From an uncultured Rivularia sp. (GTDB lineage: Bacteria; Cyanobacteriota; Cyanobacteriia; Cyanobacteriales; Nostocaceae), in contig OY762007.1 of the NCBI GenBank assembly GCA_963665115.1, forward strand, positions 7,424,001 through 7,488,000: 64,000 nucleotides of DNA. The letters run 5' to 3'. Positions 52,076 to 62,022 of the stretch are shown here, one piece after another; the first letter of the stretch is position 1, and every line of letters starts with the position of its first letter. Made by a program: the position numbers and the translations under genes. The notes beneath the pieces were generated by a model. That model saw only the letters and a list, made by a program, of their open reading frames with translations, had not been told where the DNA came from and searched no databases.

Positions 52076-52105
52076 AAAACCCTACTTCCTCAAAGGAAGT
52101 AGGGT
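52076..52105 (-). terminator. Rho-independent terminator of amt1
   Basis: 12-bp stem ACCCTACTTCCT-CAA-AGGAAGTAGGGT followed by a T run on the minus strand. Confidence 0.75.
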
Positions 52106-52151
52106 CAATTAACTCACTTATTCAACAGATAGAAGCCCTAGATCGAACAAC

Positions 52152-53771
52152 TTACAAACTTGTAGGCATATCTCCTTGTGTAGACACTCCAGGTCTATCT
52201 AATTCGGCATATCCAATAGTGTCAGCTTCTTTAGCGAAACCACTGTAAGCTTCCATTCCGTGTTCGCCAATATCCAAACCTCCCAATTCTTCTTCGCGGG
52301 TTACACGGATACCCAATGTTGCTTTCAATGCAACCCAGAAGATGGTGCTAAGTAGTACTGTCATACCGCCTACAGCCAAAGCACCCATTAATTGAGTGAA
52401 TAGGGGAGCAATTCCACCACCAAACAATAAGCCTGCTGCTGGTCCTCCGTCTACAGCATATAAACCGTCAGCACTTCCCCCAACTGCAAACAAACCTACT
52501 GCCAAAGTACCCCAAAAACCACAAACCAAGTGAACGGAAATCGCTCCTACTGGGTCATCAATTCTAATTTTATCGAAGAAGGTAACAGCAAATACGACCA
52601 AAGCTCCGGCGATCGCACCAATAATTATGGCACTAGGCAAGTTTACCCAAGCACAACCTGCGGTGATACCTACCAAGCCAGCTAAGGTACCGTTGATAAT
52701 CATTGATAAGTCTGGCTTACCCAAGTAACCCCAAGCTACGAAACAAGCAGTTACCGCACCAGCAGCAGCAGCTAAGTTAGTGGTTAAAGCGATGTGAGCA
52801 ATTGCGTTTGCATCAGCAGCCATTGTAGAACCGGGGTTGAAACCAAACCAGCCCAACCATAAAATCAAACAGCCCAAGGTAGCAATGCTTAAGTTATGAG
52901 GAGGTATTGCATTGGTTCTACCTTCGCTATATTTACCAATACGCGGACCAAGAATCGCCGCGCCCATCAAAGCTGCCCAACCACCAACGGAGTGTACAAC
53001 TGTGGAACCAGCAAAATCCCAGAAACCTGCTTTGTACAACCAGCCACCACCCCAAATCCAATGTCCGGTAATTGGGTAAACGATACCAACTAATAACAAG
53101 CTGAAAATTAAGAAATCTACAAACTTAATTCTCTCGGCTACTGCTCCAGATACGATTGTGGCAGCAGTTCCAGCGAATGCTAATTGAAATAAGAATTTAG
53201 CAGATAAGGGAACGCCAGCCCAGTTAAGAGAACCGAAAACGCCTTGATAAGCATCTCCTGTCGCAGGGCTATTATCTGCACCTGAGAGCAAGAAACCATT
53301 TAAACCAAAGAATGGGGTTCCATCGCCGAACATGATGCCAAAGCCAATGACGTAAAACGCCAATGTAGCCAAAGCAAACACAATCAAGTTCTTAGAAAGA
53401 ATGTTGACAGCGTTCTTTTGACGGCACATTCCGGTTTCCAACATTCCGAAACCAGCGTTCATGAAGATTACCAAAAACGCGGCAATTACAACCCAAAGCG
53501 TATCTAATCCAACTTTTAGCCCTGCAACCTGTTCCGCTGTTGTTGGTCCTGCGTCTGCGGTAGGAGCTTGAGCAACTGCCGCATAACCCGAAGCCAATAC
53601 AATAAAACCTGCAATAGGCAGACAGGCACGCAAGCTAGGATTTAAGCCTTTAATTCCCTGTGCTACTTGACTGAGAAATGAGCTATTACGTGTAGCGCTA
53701 GTAGAACGTTCTGAATTGCTCCGCTTACCTTTTCTATTATTTTTTTTTCGCATCACTTTTTGCATTTTCAC
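52152..53771 (-). CDS. amt1: Ammonium transporter Amt1
   Basis: [12 protein letters not shown]…[41 protein letters not shown]. Confidence 0.94.
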   Translation of the reverse strand: MKMQKVMRKKNNRKGKRSNSERSTSATRNSSFLSQVAQGIKGLNPSLRACLPIAGFIVLASGYAAVAQAPTADAGPTTAEQVAGLKVGLDTLWVVIAAFLVIFMNAGFGMLETGMCRQKNAVNILSKNLIVFALATLAFYVIGFGIMFGDGTPFFGLNGFLLSGADNSPATGDAYQGVFGSLNWAGVPLSAKFLFQLAFAGTAATIVSGAVAERIKFVDFLIFSLLLVGIVYPITGHWIWGGGWLYKAGFWDFAGSTVVHSVGGWAALMGAAILGPRIGKYSEGRTNAIPPHNLSIATLGCLILWLGWFGFNPGSTMAADANAIAHIALTTNLAAAAGAVTACFVAWGYLGKPDLSMIINGTLAGLVGITAGCAWVNLPSAIIIGAIAGALVVFAVTFFDKIRIDDPVGAISVHLVCGFWGTLAVGLFAVGGSADGLYAVDGGPAAGLLFGGGIAPLFTQLMGALAVGGMTVLLSTIFWVALKATLGIRVTREEELGGLDIGEHGMEAYSGFAKEADTIGYAELDRPGVSTQGDMPTSL

Positions 53772-54209
53772 TCCAAAATTTCCTTAACTGGAAAAAACAC
53801 CGCTTTCTTGGCGTAACACCGTTTTAAGCCGGAACTAGCGATTTATCTCTAAGCTTTTTAATTAGGATTAGATATCAAATGCAGAATTATTCCAAATACA
53901 ATAAATTACTGTTTGGAAATTCATCTTTGACTCTTATACCTATGAGAGATGTTGTTCAAAAAGCCTATTAAACAATTAGGAAACCAAATAATCTAGCTGT
54001 CAGTCAACAAAGCAATGATACATCTGCTGCTGTAACTAGTTTTTCTTAAAAGATTATTATTATGTATTTTTGGAAACCTCTCAAGTAGCCTCATCAATTC
54101 TTTAATATTTAGATTTTTGTCTACAAGGCTTTCTATTACATCATTTGACCCATTTAAAAAGCTACAACGGTTAGAAGATAATAATTACAGTACGCTGTTT
54201 GTGAATTCT

Positions 54210-54223
54210 GTAACTGTTGCTAC
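54210..54223. promoter_or_regulatory. Putative NtcA-binding site upstream of amt1
   Basis: GTA-ACTGTTGC-TAC matches GTA-N8-TAC; amt1 is a known NtcA target; no perfect TAN3T at the canonical 22-nt spacing. Confidence 0.6.
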
Positions 54224-54548
54224 TATTTTTTAGTGTTTTTAATTATCATCGATGGCATTTTAAGCTGCAAATAGCCGCTAATAACAGCTTTTTGTCAATA
54301 TCTCATAACTTTATGACTGCAAAAAAACAGCCAATTATTAACTTTTCATACAAACAAACTGTTTTTTTACTTACGTAGAAAAATGTTACTTTTCTATAAG
54401 TAATGTAAATAAGTATTTAGATCAAAATTATTTGATGAGATATTTTTAACTCTGATTTTTATTTTTAGAAGCAGTAAAACTACTTTGAAGGTAAGTTAAT
54501 CTAAAGACATTTAGATTCATTCGTATTGCCTGTAGCAATTATCAAAAT

Positions 54549-55058
54549 TTACATTTGATTTAGATAATTTTGGTAGCCTAATTTTTCCAGTTTTTCTTGC
54601 TTCGTTATCACGGAATCGCGAAGATTTTGACGATATAGAACAACTTTTTCTAGTAAATCCGGTTGATGAATAGCAAGTATTTGTACTGCTAAAAGTCCGG
54701 CATTTTTCGCATTGCCGATAGCTACAGTTGCTACAGGTATACCAGCGGGCATTTGTACGATTGAATGTAAAGAATCCACACCTTTTAAATGACGGCTAGC
54801 AACAGGAACGCCAATTACCGTTATAGGAGTTAAAGCAGCCACCATACCGGGAAGATGTGCCGCACCACCTGCTCCAGCAATAATAACTTTAATACCGCGA
54901 GCAGATGCTTCGGTGGCGTATTCCACCATTAGTTGCGGGGTACGATGGGCACTAATAATTGCGACTTCGGTAGAAACGCCGAATTCTTCACAAACTTTAA
55001 TCGCATCTTGCATGGTGGGTAAATCAGAGTCGCTACCCATAATAATTCCTACAGTCAT
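54549..55058 (-). CDS. purE: N5-carboxyaminoimidazole ribonucleotide mutase
   Basis: [39 protein letters not shown]; alternative ATG at 55112. Confidence 0.97.
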   Translation of the reverse strand: MTVGIIMGSDSDLPTMQDAIKVCEEFGVSTEVAIISAHRTPQLMVEYATEASARGIKVIIAGAGGAAHLPGMVAALTPITVIGVPVASRHLKGVDSLHSIVQMPAGIPVATVAIGNAKNAGLLAVQILAIHQPDLLEKVVLYRQNLRDSVITKQEKLEKLGYQNYLNQM

Positions 55059-55399
55059 AGTGATTTTGGATTGGGCATTGGGGATTGGAGAAGAGTTAGT
55101 ACTCCTTTTCATTAATTTTGATGGGTTTGTTTTCTCGGTAAACTTTGGCAGACGTTATACATAACGTCTCTACAAGCCATTAGAACAAATGAAATGAACT
55201 ACTACTCCCTATAAATAAATATTGTTAATAAAGTACTAACAATCATCTCACTTTTAGAGCATTTCACAAAAACGGTAATACAAATTTCTTTCCCAATCCC
55301 CCATGCCCAATTCCCAATTTATTCATTTTTATTCTTGATTTATAGCTATTGCTCCTATGAAAATCAACTCAGTTATAACTAAAATCTCGCGTTTATCCC

Positions 55400-56581
55400 A
55401 TGACTCCAAAAAAACTAAGCAATTTTACTACTCCTTTAAACATTATTAATGCACTTGTTCCCGGCTACGAAGATAAACAAATGCTATTTATCAACCACCA
55501 AGGCATTGTTGAACAAATTGTGCCGATGGACAACATTATCAAACGAGTTCCCCTAAAAGATTTACAAATATTGGATGCAGAAGGCGATCGCATTTCTTTG
55601 GGTGGTGTCGATTTACAAATTAACGGTGGTTTGGGAACTGCTTTTCCAGAATTAAATACGGAAAATGCCGATAGTTTGCAAAAAATTTGCGATTATCTTT
55701 GGGATAGCGGTGTTGATGCATTTTTACCCACCGTGGTGACAACTTCTGTGGAAAACATCCATCGTTCCCTTGGAGTAGTTGCTAATTTTATGCAAAATCA
55801 AACTTCGGGAGCGAAAGTTTTGGGAGTGCATTTAGAAGGACCATTTTTGAATCCTCAAAAGCGCGGCGCACATCCACAAGAGTATCTTTTACCTCTATCG
55901 CTTGGGGAAGTAAAGCGGGTATTAGGATTTACCGAAGTTGTAAAAGTAGTAACTTTAGCGCCAGAATTGGACTCACACAACGAAGTAATACCTTATTTAC
56001 GCCAGCAAGGTATTATCGTTAGCTTAGGGCATTCCCAAGCAACCGCAGAACAAGCCCAAAAAGCATTTGAAATGGGCGCGACTATGGTGACTCACGCTTT
56101 TAATGCAATGCCACCATTACATCACCGCGAGCCCGGATTATTAGCTGCGGCGATTACCCACGAAAATGTCATGTGCGGTTTTATTGCTGACGGAAAACAC
56201 GTCTCGCCAATGATCATAGATTTACTATTGCGAGCAAGCAATTACGATAGAGGACTTTTCTTAGTCAGCGATGCTCTAGCTCCTTTAGGATTACCTGATG
56301 GAACTTATCCTTGGGATAGTCGGGAAATTACAGTAACGAACGGTACCGCACGTTTACCAGATGGAACTTTGTCTGGAACGACTTTACCATTGCTTGCAGG
56401 AGTACAAAATTTGGTTAAATGGGGAATATGTAGCCTAGAAACGGCAATTAATCTAGCAACCACCGCACCGCGAAAAGCAATTGGTTTTCCTGGAATTGAA
56501 GGCGCTCATGCGAGCAACCTATTGCGCTGGAATTACGATGAATCAAGCCATGAATTAACTTGGAAGCGTTTGTTGTCCTAA
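55400..56581 (+). CDS. nagA: N-acetylglucosamine-6-phosphate deacetylase
   Basis: DLQING, GVHLEGPF, KRGAH, TLAPE, THAFNAM, IADGKH. Confidence 0.95.
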   Translation: MTPKKLSNFTTPLNIINALVPGYEDKQMLFINHQGIVEQIVPMDNIIKRVPLKDLQILDAEGDRISLGGVDLQINGGLGTAFPELNTENADSLQKICDYLWDSGVDAFLPTVVTTSVENIHRSLGVVANFMQNQTSGAKVLGVHLEGPFLNPQKRGAHPQEYLLPLSLGEVKRVLGFTEVVKVVTLAPELDSHNEVIPYLRQQGIIVSLGHSQATAEQAQKAFEMGATMVTHAFNAMPPLHHREPGLLAAAITHENVMCGFIADGKHVSPMIIDLLLRASNYDRGLFLVSDALAPLGLPDGTYPWDSREITVTNGTARLPDGTLSGTTLPLLAGVQNLVKWGICSLETAINLATTAPRKAIGFPGIEGAHASNLLRWNYDESSHELTWKRLLS

Positions 56582-56613
56582 AAAGGATTTCCATACAATC
56601 AAATATTTTTCTC

Positions 56614-56650
56614 AAAAACCACAAATGTGCGGCGCTAATTTTGTGGTTTT
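56614..56650. terminator. Stem-loop after nagA
   Basis: AAAACCACAAA…TTTGTGGTTTT. Confidence 0.5.
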
Positions 56651-56743
56651 CTGCTTTTTGATTAAGTTTTCTCGTCCTCAATTGATGTATTCTACCGATA
56701 ATAAGCGCTTTTTTCGATTTAGTACTGTTAATTATTAATTTTT

Positions 56744-57431
56744 ATGAACGCAACAGACGACAAAACCATTGTTAAGGATTATTTCAATTCGACGGGCTTT
56801 GACCGTTGGAGACGCATTTATGGCAATGGTGAAGTAAATAAGGTGCAGCTTGATATCCGTAAAGGGCATCAAAAGACTGTAGATACAGTACTTAGCTGGT
56901 TTAAAGCTGATGATAGCTTGTCAGAAATATCAATATGCGATGCTGGATGTGGTGTAGGTAGTCTCAGCATACCTTTAGCCGAAGCCGGAGCAAAGGTTTA
57001 CGCCAGCGATATTTCTGAAAAAATGGTTCAAGAAGGTAGAGAAAGAGCCGAACAAATTTTAGGAAACGCTGATAATCCAACTTTCGCGGTACAAGACTTG
57101 GAAGGCTTGAGTGGTAACTATCATACGGTTGTTTGCTTGGATGTTCTGATCCACTATCCCCAAGAAAAAGCTGCCGAGATGATATCTCATTTATGCAGCA
57201 CCGCAGAATCGCGGATAATAATTAGTTTTGCGCCCAAAACCTTTGCTCTGAGTATATTAAAGAAAATCGGAGGTTTCTTTCCAGGGCCCCAGTAAAACCA
57301 CCCGTGCATATCTACATCGTGAAGCCGATATCGTTGATTTTCTGCAAAAAAACGGCTTTAGCATCCAACGTCAAGCAATGACGCGCACGCGCTTTTACTT
57401 CTCCCGCATACTGGAAGCTACACGTAAGTAA
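56744..57431 (+). CDS. chlM: Magnesium protoporphyrin IX methyltransferase; split by a +1 frameshift at 57287-57290
   Basis: YFNSTGFDRWRRIYG, DAGCGVG, LDVLIHYP; removing one C gives FFPGPSKTTRAYLH…FYFSRILEA, stop at 57429-57431. Confidence 0.96.
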
Positions 57432-57472
57432 GGTTAAGATCGCGGCAAGATATCATATCTTGTCGTGTTTCT

Positions 57473-57898
57473 ATGAAGTTTCTCACAAAAGTTTCAGCTG
57501 GTTTGCTACTCTCATTCAGTTCCATTCTTCTCATGCACGTAACCGTGGAGGCATTATCGACAAAAAATGATCGTAAAGCAACTCAAGAACAAAAACAAGA
57601 AATGGCAGATAAAGCCTTTGCTGGTTTAGCTTTAGGCTTATCCGGTGTAGGCTTGGGTTCGTCGCTGATATTGGGTTTGAAAAAACAACATCAAAGACAG
57701 CTAACAAGCCATCTGCAATCTACTTTTTATCGCCTTGTTGAAGAACAAAGAGGAGAAATTTCCTTATTACGCTTTGCTAAAGAAGCCGAAATAACAGGAG
57801 AAGAAGCCAAATTATTCTTAGATTCAAAGGCTCATGAATTCAACGCGACTTTCGATCACAGTAATAATGGTGGTGTTTATTATCACTTCCATTTGTAG
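57473..57898 (+). CDS. Hypothetical 2-TM protein with C-terminal winged-helix-like domain
   Basis: LQSTFYRLVEEQRGEIS…AKLFLDSKAHEFNA; paralog of the next gene. Confidence 0.78.
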   Translation: MKFLTKVSAGLLLSFSSILLMHVTVEALSTKNDRKATQEQKQEMADKAFAGLALGLSGVGLGSSLILGLKKQHQRQLTSHLQSTFYRLVEEQRGEISLLRFAKEAEITGEEAKLFLDSKAHEFNATFDHSNNGGVYYHFHL

Positions 57899-58306
57899 TC
57901 AAAAGTATTTATTTTAATACTGTTTTGTTTTAATTAAATTGTAGAAACGTTGCAACAAGCGCGTTTCTACATAAAATACCTAATTTTTGAATTATTTTTA
58001 TATGTAATTAATATTTTTTATTATTCTGTGAAATAACGCATGAAAATACAAAACTTTTATATTGACAAAGAATCTTACCCCTTCCCCTCTGCTTGGTAAA
58101 GAAAAACATATATTTAAGAAATATGAAGTTTTAATCTAGACGTAGAATTACGTAAAATTGAGTAGATAAAACGAGATTATAGAGAAAAATTGCAAGTCGA
58201 TCTGGTTCCGCGCCTTACAAATAGCCATCATTTGATGATTAATGACTGGAATCTTCAATGAAAGTGAGGTTAGAATCAATCTTAAAGTTAAAACTTTAAA
58301 AAGATT

Positions 58307-58789
58307 ATGAAAACTGCTGAAAAGCTAGCTGCTGGTTGGTTAATTACATTAGGGTTTATGCTGACAACAATATCAGCACAGGCAATGATAAATAAACATC
58401 TAATGTTTAAACAGATACCACCTGGTACTTACGATGAATATGATTATCCCAATCATTACGCAGTAGCAGAGCTAGATACCACAGCAGTAAATGGGATTAT
58501 TTTTGGTTTACCCAGCTTAGCCCTTGGCGGGTGGTTAGCCTTGGGAATGCGCCGTCGGGGAAAGAAAGAAGAAAACGCGATCGCGCAACAAATAGACTTG
58601 CATTTGCAATCAATGTTTTATCGCATGATAGCTGAAAACCAAGGACGCATCACAGTTTTAGGCTTCGCCATGCAATCCCAGCTACCAGCAGCCACCGCAA
58701 GAGAATTCCTAGACGACCAAGCCAAACAATTTAATGCTAACTTCAAAGTAAGTGAAGACGGTGCCGTTTCTTATCACTTTGATATTTAA
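58307..58789 (+). CDS. Hypothetical 2-TM protein, paralog of 57473-57898
   Basis: LQSMFYRMIAENQGRIT…AREFLDDQAKQFNA…YHF. Confidence 0.8.
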   Translation: MKTAEKLAAGWLITLGFMLTTISAQAMINKHLMFKQIPPGTYDEYDYPNHYAVAELDTTAVNGIIFGLPSLALGGWLALGMRRRGKKEENAIAQQIDLHLQSMFYRMIAENQGRITVLGFAMQSQLPAATAREFLDDQAKQFNANFKVSEDGAVSYHFDI

Positions 58790-58794
58790 AAGAA

Positions 58795-59025
58795 TTGGGG
58801 ATTGGACATCGGTAATTGGTAATTGGTAATTGGTAATTGGTAATTGGTAATTGGTAATTGGTAATTGGTAATTGGTAATTGGTAATCGGTAATTGGTAAT
58901 TGGTAATTGGTAATTGGTAATTGGTAATTGGTAATTGGTAATTTTAAACAGCTAGGGAGCAAGATGCTCCCACTACAAATTGCTTATAAATTGTCCCCTT
59001 GTCCCCTTGTCTCCCCATCACCCCA
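58795..59025. repeat. Composite repeat: (TTGGTAA)n, family A hairpin, (CCCCTTGT)n
   Basis: Same order and linker sequences as 1739-2100. Confidence 0.9.
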
Positions 59026-59048
59026 TCTCATATCATCAATTCAGTAAC

Positions 59049-59426
59049 ATGACGAAAATATTCATCAGCTTAGCATCTGTATTCGGTGGTTTATCCGTAG
59101 CTGCTGGGGCTTTCGCTTCTCACGCTTTGAAAGAAAAACTTAGCGATCGCGCATTGCAAATTTTTGAAGTCGGCGCTCGCTATCAGATGTATCATGCTCT
59201 AGCGCTGTTACTAGTTGCAATCTTGTTAATTCAAAGCAAATCACCGTCAACAGCCTTAATCGCCAGTGGCTGGTTATTCATCATCGGTACATTTATTTTT
59301 TCCGGAAGCCTATACGCACTAGCGATTAGCGACATAAAAATCTTAGGAGCAATAACACCATTAGGTGGTGCAGCATTTATCGCCGGTTGGGGTGCATTGG
59401 CGATCGCTGCATTCAGTTATCAGTGA
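59049..59426 (+). CDS. DUF423 (YgdD/TMEM256) family membrane protein
   Basis: GAFASHAL, YQMYHALA, FSGSLY, GAITPLGG; ATG at 59049. Confidence 0.9.
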   Translation: MTKIFISLASVFGGLSVAAGAFASHALKEKLSDRALQIFEVGARYQMYHALALLLVAILLIQSKSPSTALIASGWLFIIGTFIFSGSLYALAISDIKILGAITPLGGAAFIAGWGALAIAAFSYQ

Positions 59427-59719
59427 GCAGTTATCAGTTATTAGTGAGCAGGGAATGGCTATAAATTAGGAGTGTAGTGGGAGCGTCTCGCTCCCTAGAA
59501 AAATCTTGCTCTCCCATCCCCCCCATCTAAACTTTTTCTGCTCTACGATAAATCTTCAACCCTGCCTTACTAACGATTCTTGTTTTTTTCAGACCTTGTT
59601 TGGGAGCGAACAAACACCCAAGTTTCATTGAATCGCTATAGTAAAGACGATCGTAATTGAGTTAGACATTTTGTACTATTTCCGCTACAAGTAACTAATT
59701 GTGGTGGGGAAGGAAGAAA

Positions 59720-59808
59720 TGAGAGTTAGGAGTTAAAAGTTAGGAGTTAATTAACTGATAACAAGTAACTGTTCACTGTTCACTGATAACTGATAACTGA
59801 TAACTGAT
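59720..59808. repeat. Heptamer arrays (GTTAGGA, ACTGTTC, ACTGATA)
   Basis: Tandem 7-mers directly upstream of egtC. Confidence 0.8.
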
Positions 59809-59811
59809 TTT

Positions 59812-60600
59812 ATGTGCCGATTACTTGCTTATCTTGGTTCGCCTGTTTATTTAGAAAGTTTACTGTACAACCACGAACATTCACTGATAACTCAAAGCTA
59901 TCAACCCCAGGAAATGAATTCAGGAACTGTGAATGCTGATGGCTTTGGTGTGGGTTGGTATCATGCTCAAAAAGATACTGAACCCTTTACTTATAGAAGT
60001 ACGCTACCTATTTGGAATGATACTAATTTACCAAGTCTCAGCCGTTATGTAGAATCTGAGTGCGTAGTTTCTTATGTTCGTAGCGCGACTGCGGGTCAAG
60101 CACTTGATTTAAGTAATTGTCAACCATTCCAAAGAGAGCGTTTATTATTTATTCATAATGGTAAAATTGATAAGTTTCGTCAGACACTATACAGACTTAT
60201 ACGTAGTCAATTAAGCGATGAAATTTATCAGTGGGTGAATGGAACTACAGATTCGGAACACATTTTTGCTCTCATGCTTAACGAGTTGCAAAGTAACCCC
60301 GGTAAAAGTTTAGAACAAGCCATGCATCTGACTTTGCTGAAGCTGAAAGATTTAGTGGAACACCATGAGACTTACACTTTAGCTAACTTGGTTGTAAGTG
60401 ACGGAAATCGTCTTGTAGCTTCTCGCTTTAGCACAAAAACTCCATCTGCTTCTCTTTATTGGCTGCAAAACGATCCAACTTTTCCCAACTCCGTAATCAT
60501 CGCTTCCGAACCGCTGTTTAAAGGTAATTGGAATTCGTTTCCAGAAAATAGCATTCTCAGTGTGGGAGAAGATTGTGATATTAGAATTGAGCAAATCTAA
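59812..60600 (+). CDS. egtC: Ergothioneine biosynthesis amidohydrolase (Ntn/class II GATase fold)
   Basis: MCRLLAY N-terminal Cys, NADGFGVGWY, VRSAT, NCQPF, GTTDSE; clustered with egtB and egtD. Confidence 0.92.
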   Translation: MCRLLAYLGSPVYLESLLYNHEHSLITQSYQPQEMNSGTVNADGFGVGWYHAQKDTEPFTYRSTLPIWNDTNLPSLSRYVESECVVSYVRSATAGQALDLSNCQPFQRERLLFIHNGKIDKFRQTLYRLIRSQLSDEIYQWVNGTTDSEHIFALMLNELQSNPGKSLEQAMHLTLLKLKDLVEHHETYTLANLVVSDGNRLVASRFSTKTPSASLYWLQNDPTFPNSVIIASEPLFKGNWNSFPENSILSVGEDCDIRIEQI

Positions 60601-61853
60601 TTTAAAAGAATCTAGAACAAAAGAGAGTATTATTCGCGCTTTCATTGAATGTCGCGCTAAAACTCTCCTTTTATTTCAAGATATGGATGAGACTACTTTT
60701 TGTAGTCAAGCTCATCCCGATTTTAGTCCTGTAGGCTGGCATTTGGGACATATCGCCTACACTGAATCTTTATGGATATTAGAGCGCACTGCTGCTTTAC
60801 CTTGTCCGTTTCCGCAATACCGCAAACTGTATGCAGCAGACGGTTTACCTAAAAATCAGCGCGTTAAATTACCTTCTTTAGAAGAAACTCGCCATTACCT
60901 AGATACAGTTCGAGAAAAAGTTCTGTATCACATGGAAAAAACTAATTTAGAACAGCAAGAACGTTTATGGCGCTTTTTACTGCAACATGAAAGCCAGCAT
61001 AGCGAGACGATTAGTTTTGTGTTGGAGTTGATGAGAAATCAGAAGTCGGATACGGAGAAGGAAAATTCTTGGCATCTTTCTTACTCTTCTTCTCCCTTAC
61101 TTAGCAATCCTCTGAACGAAATGATTCAAATTCCAGCCGGAGAATTTGAAATGGGTAGCAATTCATTAGATGCACTTGATAACGAATATTCAGCCCATAA
61201 AGTTTATTTAGATACATACTCAATTGACCGATATCCCATAACTTGCAAGCAATATCGAACATTTATGGAAGCTAGAGGTTATAAAAATCCTCAGTGGTGG
61301 TCGAAAGCAGGCTGGAAATGGTTGCAATCAGAAAAAGCTACAAAGCCGCTTTATTGGGAAGATAACCCAGCTTGGTACAATAATCCGGTTTGGGGTGTAA
61401 GTTGGTATGAAGCAGAAGCTTACGCAAAGTTTGTGGGTAAGCGCTTACCCACAGAAGCAGAGTGGGAAAAAGCCGCCAGTTGGGATGAAAGATCAAAATG
61501 TCGGCGCATTTATCCTTGGGGAAACAAAAAACCCACAACCGAAAACTGCAACCACAATAATATTCACAGTCAAACAACAGCAGTAAACGCTTACCCATCT
61601 GGACAAAGCGCTTACGGTTTATACGACGCTTTAGGAAACGTATGGGAATGGACAGCAAGCTGGTTTGATGGCTATGAAGGCTTTCAACATTATCCTTACA
61701 AAGGCTTCTCCCAAGTTTATTTCGACAACCAGCATAAAGTTCTCAAAGGCGGAAGTTGGGCAACTCGTCCCCTGGGCATTACGTAGTAGCTTTCGTAATT
61801 GGTACCATCCCGGAGTGCGCCAGATATTCGCCGGATTTCGCTGCGCCGCTTGA
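60560..61853 (+). CDS. egtB: Ergothioneine sulfoxide synthase (DinB plus FGE-like domains); +1 frameshift at 61769-61772; true start probably 60575 or 60587
   Basis: SPVGWHLGH, HESQHSE metal motif, RLPTEAEWE, GNVWEW; removing one C gives ATRPWALRSSFRNW…AGFRC. Confidence 0.9.
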
Positions 61854-62022
61854 TGGGGAGATGAAAATTTTTACCTTTGAGCTTTAACCTTTGACCTTTG
61901 ACCTTTATTACTCATAACTCCTAACTAATAACTGTTCACAGGTAACAAATTGCTGATAATCTAGGTTGGGTTTGAGGTTTGCTAAAAAAAATTACCCCTC
62001 AAACCAAGCAATCGGAGACTCA

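Noticed and set aside
36458..52151. Prophage or integrative element
   Set aside because: No integrase, transposase, phage genes, tRNA target or att-like direct repeats seen
58980..59048. N-terminal extensions of the DUF423 ORF, and of ORF 1956-2708
   Set aside because: Encoded by repeat DNA; downstream ATGs give the expected protein starts
1421..59407. Frequent GCGATCGC octamers
   Set aside because: Ordinary cyanobacterial HIP1 sites; useful for taxonomy only
10264..61772. Programmed ribosomal frameshifting or phase variation at the split genes
   Set aside because: Runs are only 3-5 nt, there are no slippery heptamers with downstream structure, the genes are unrelated, and some are essential; error is more parsimonious
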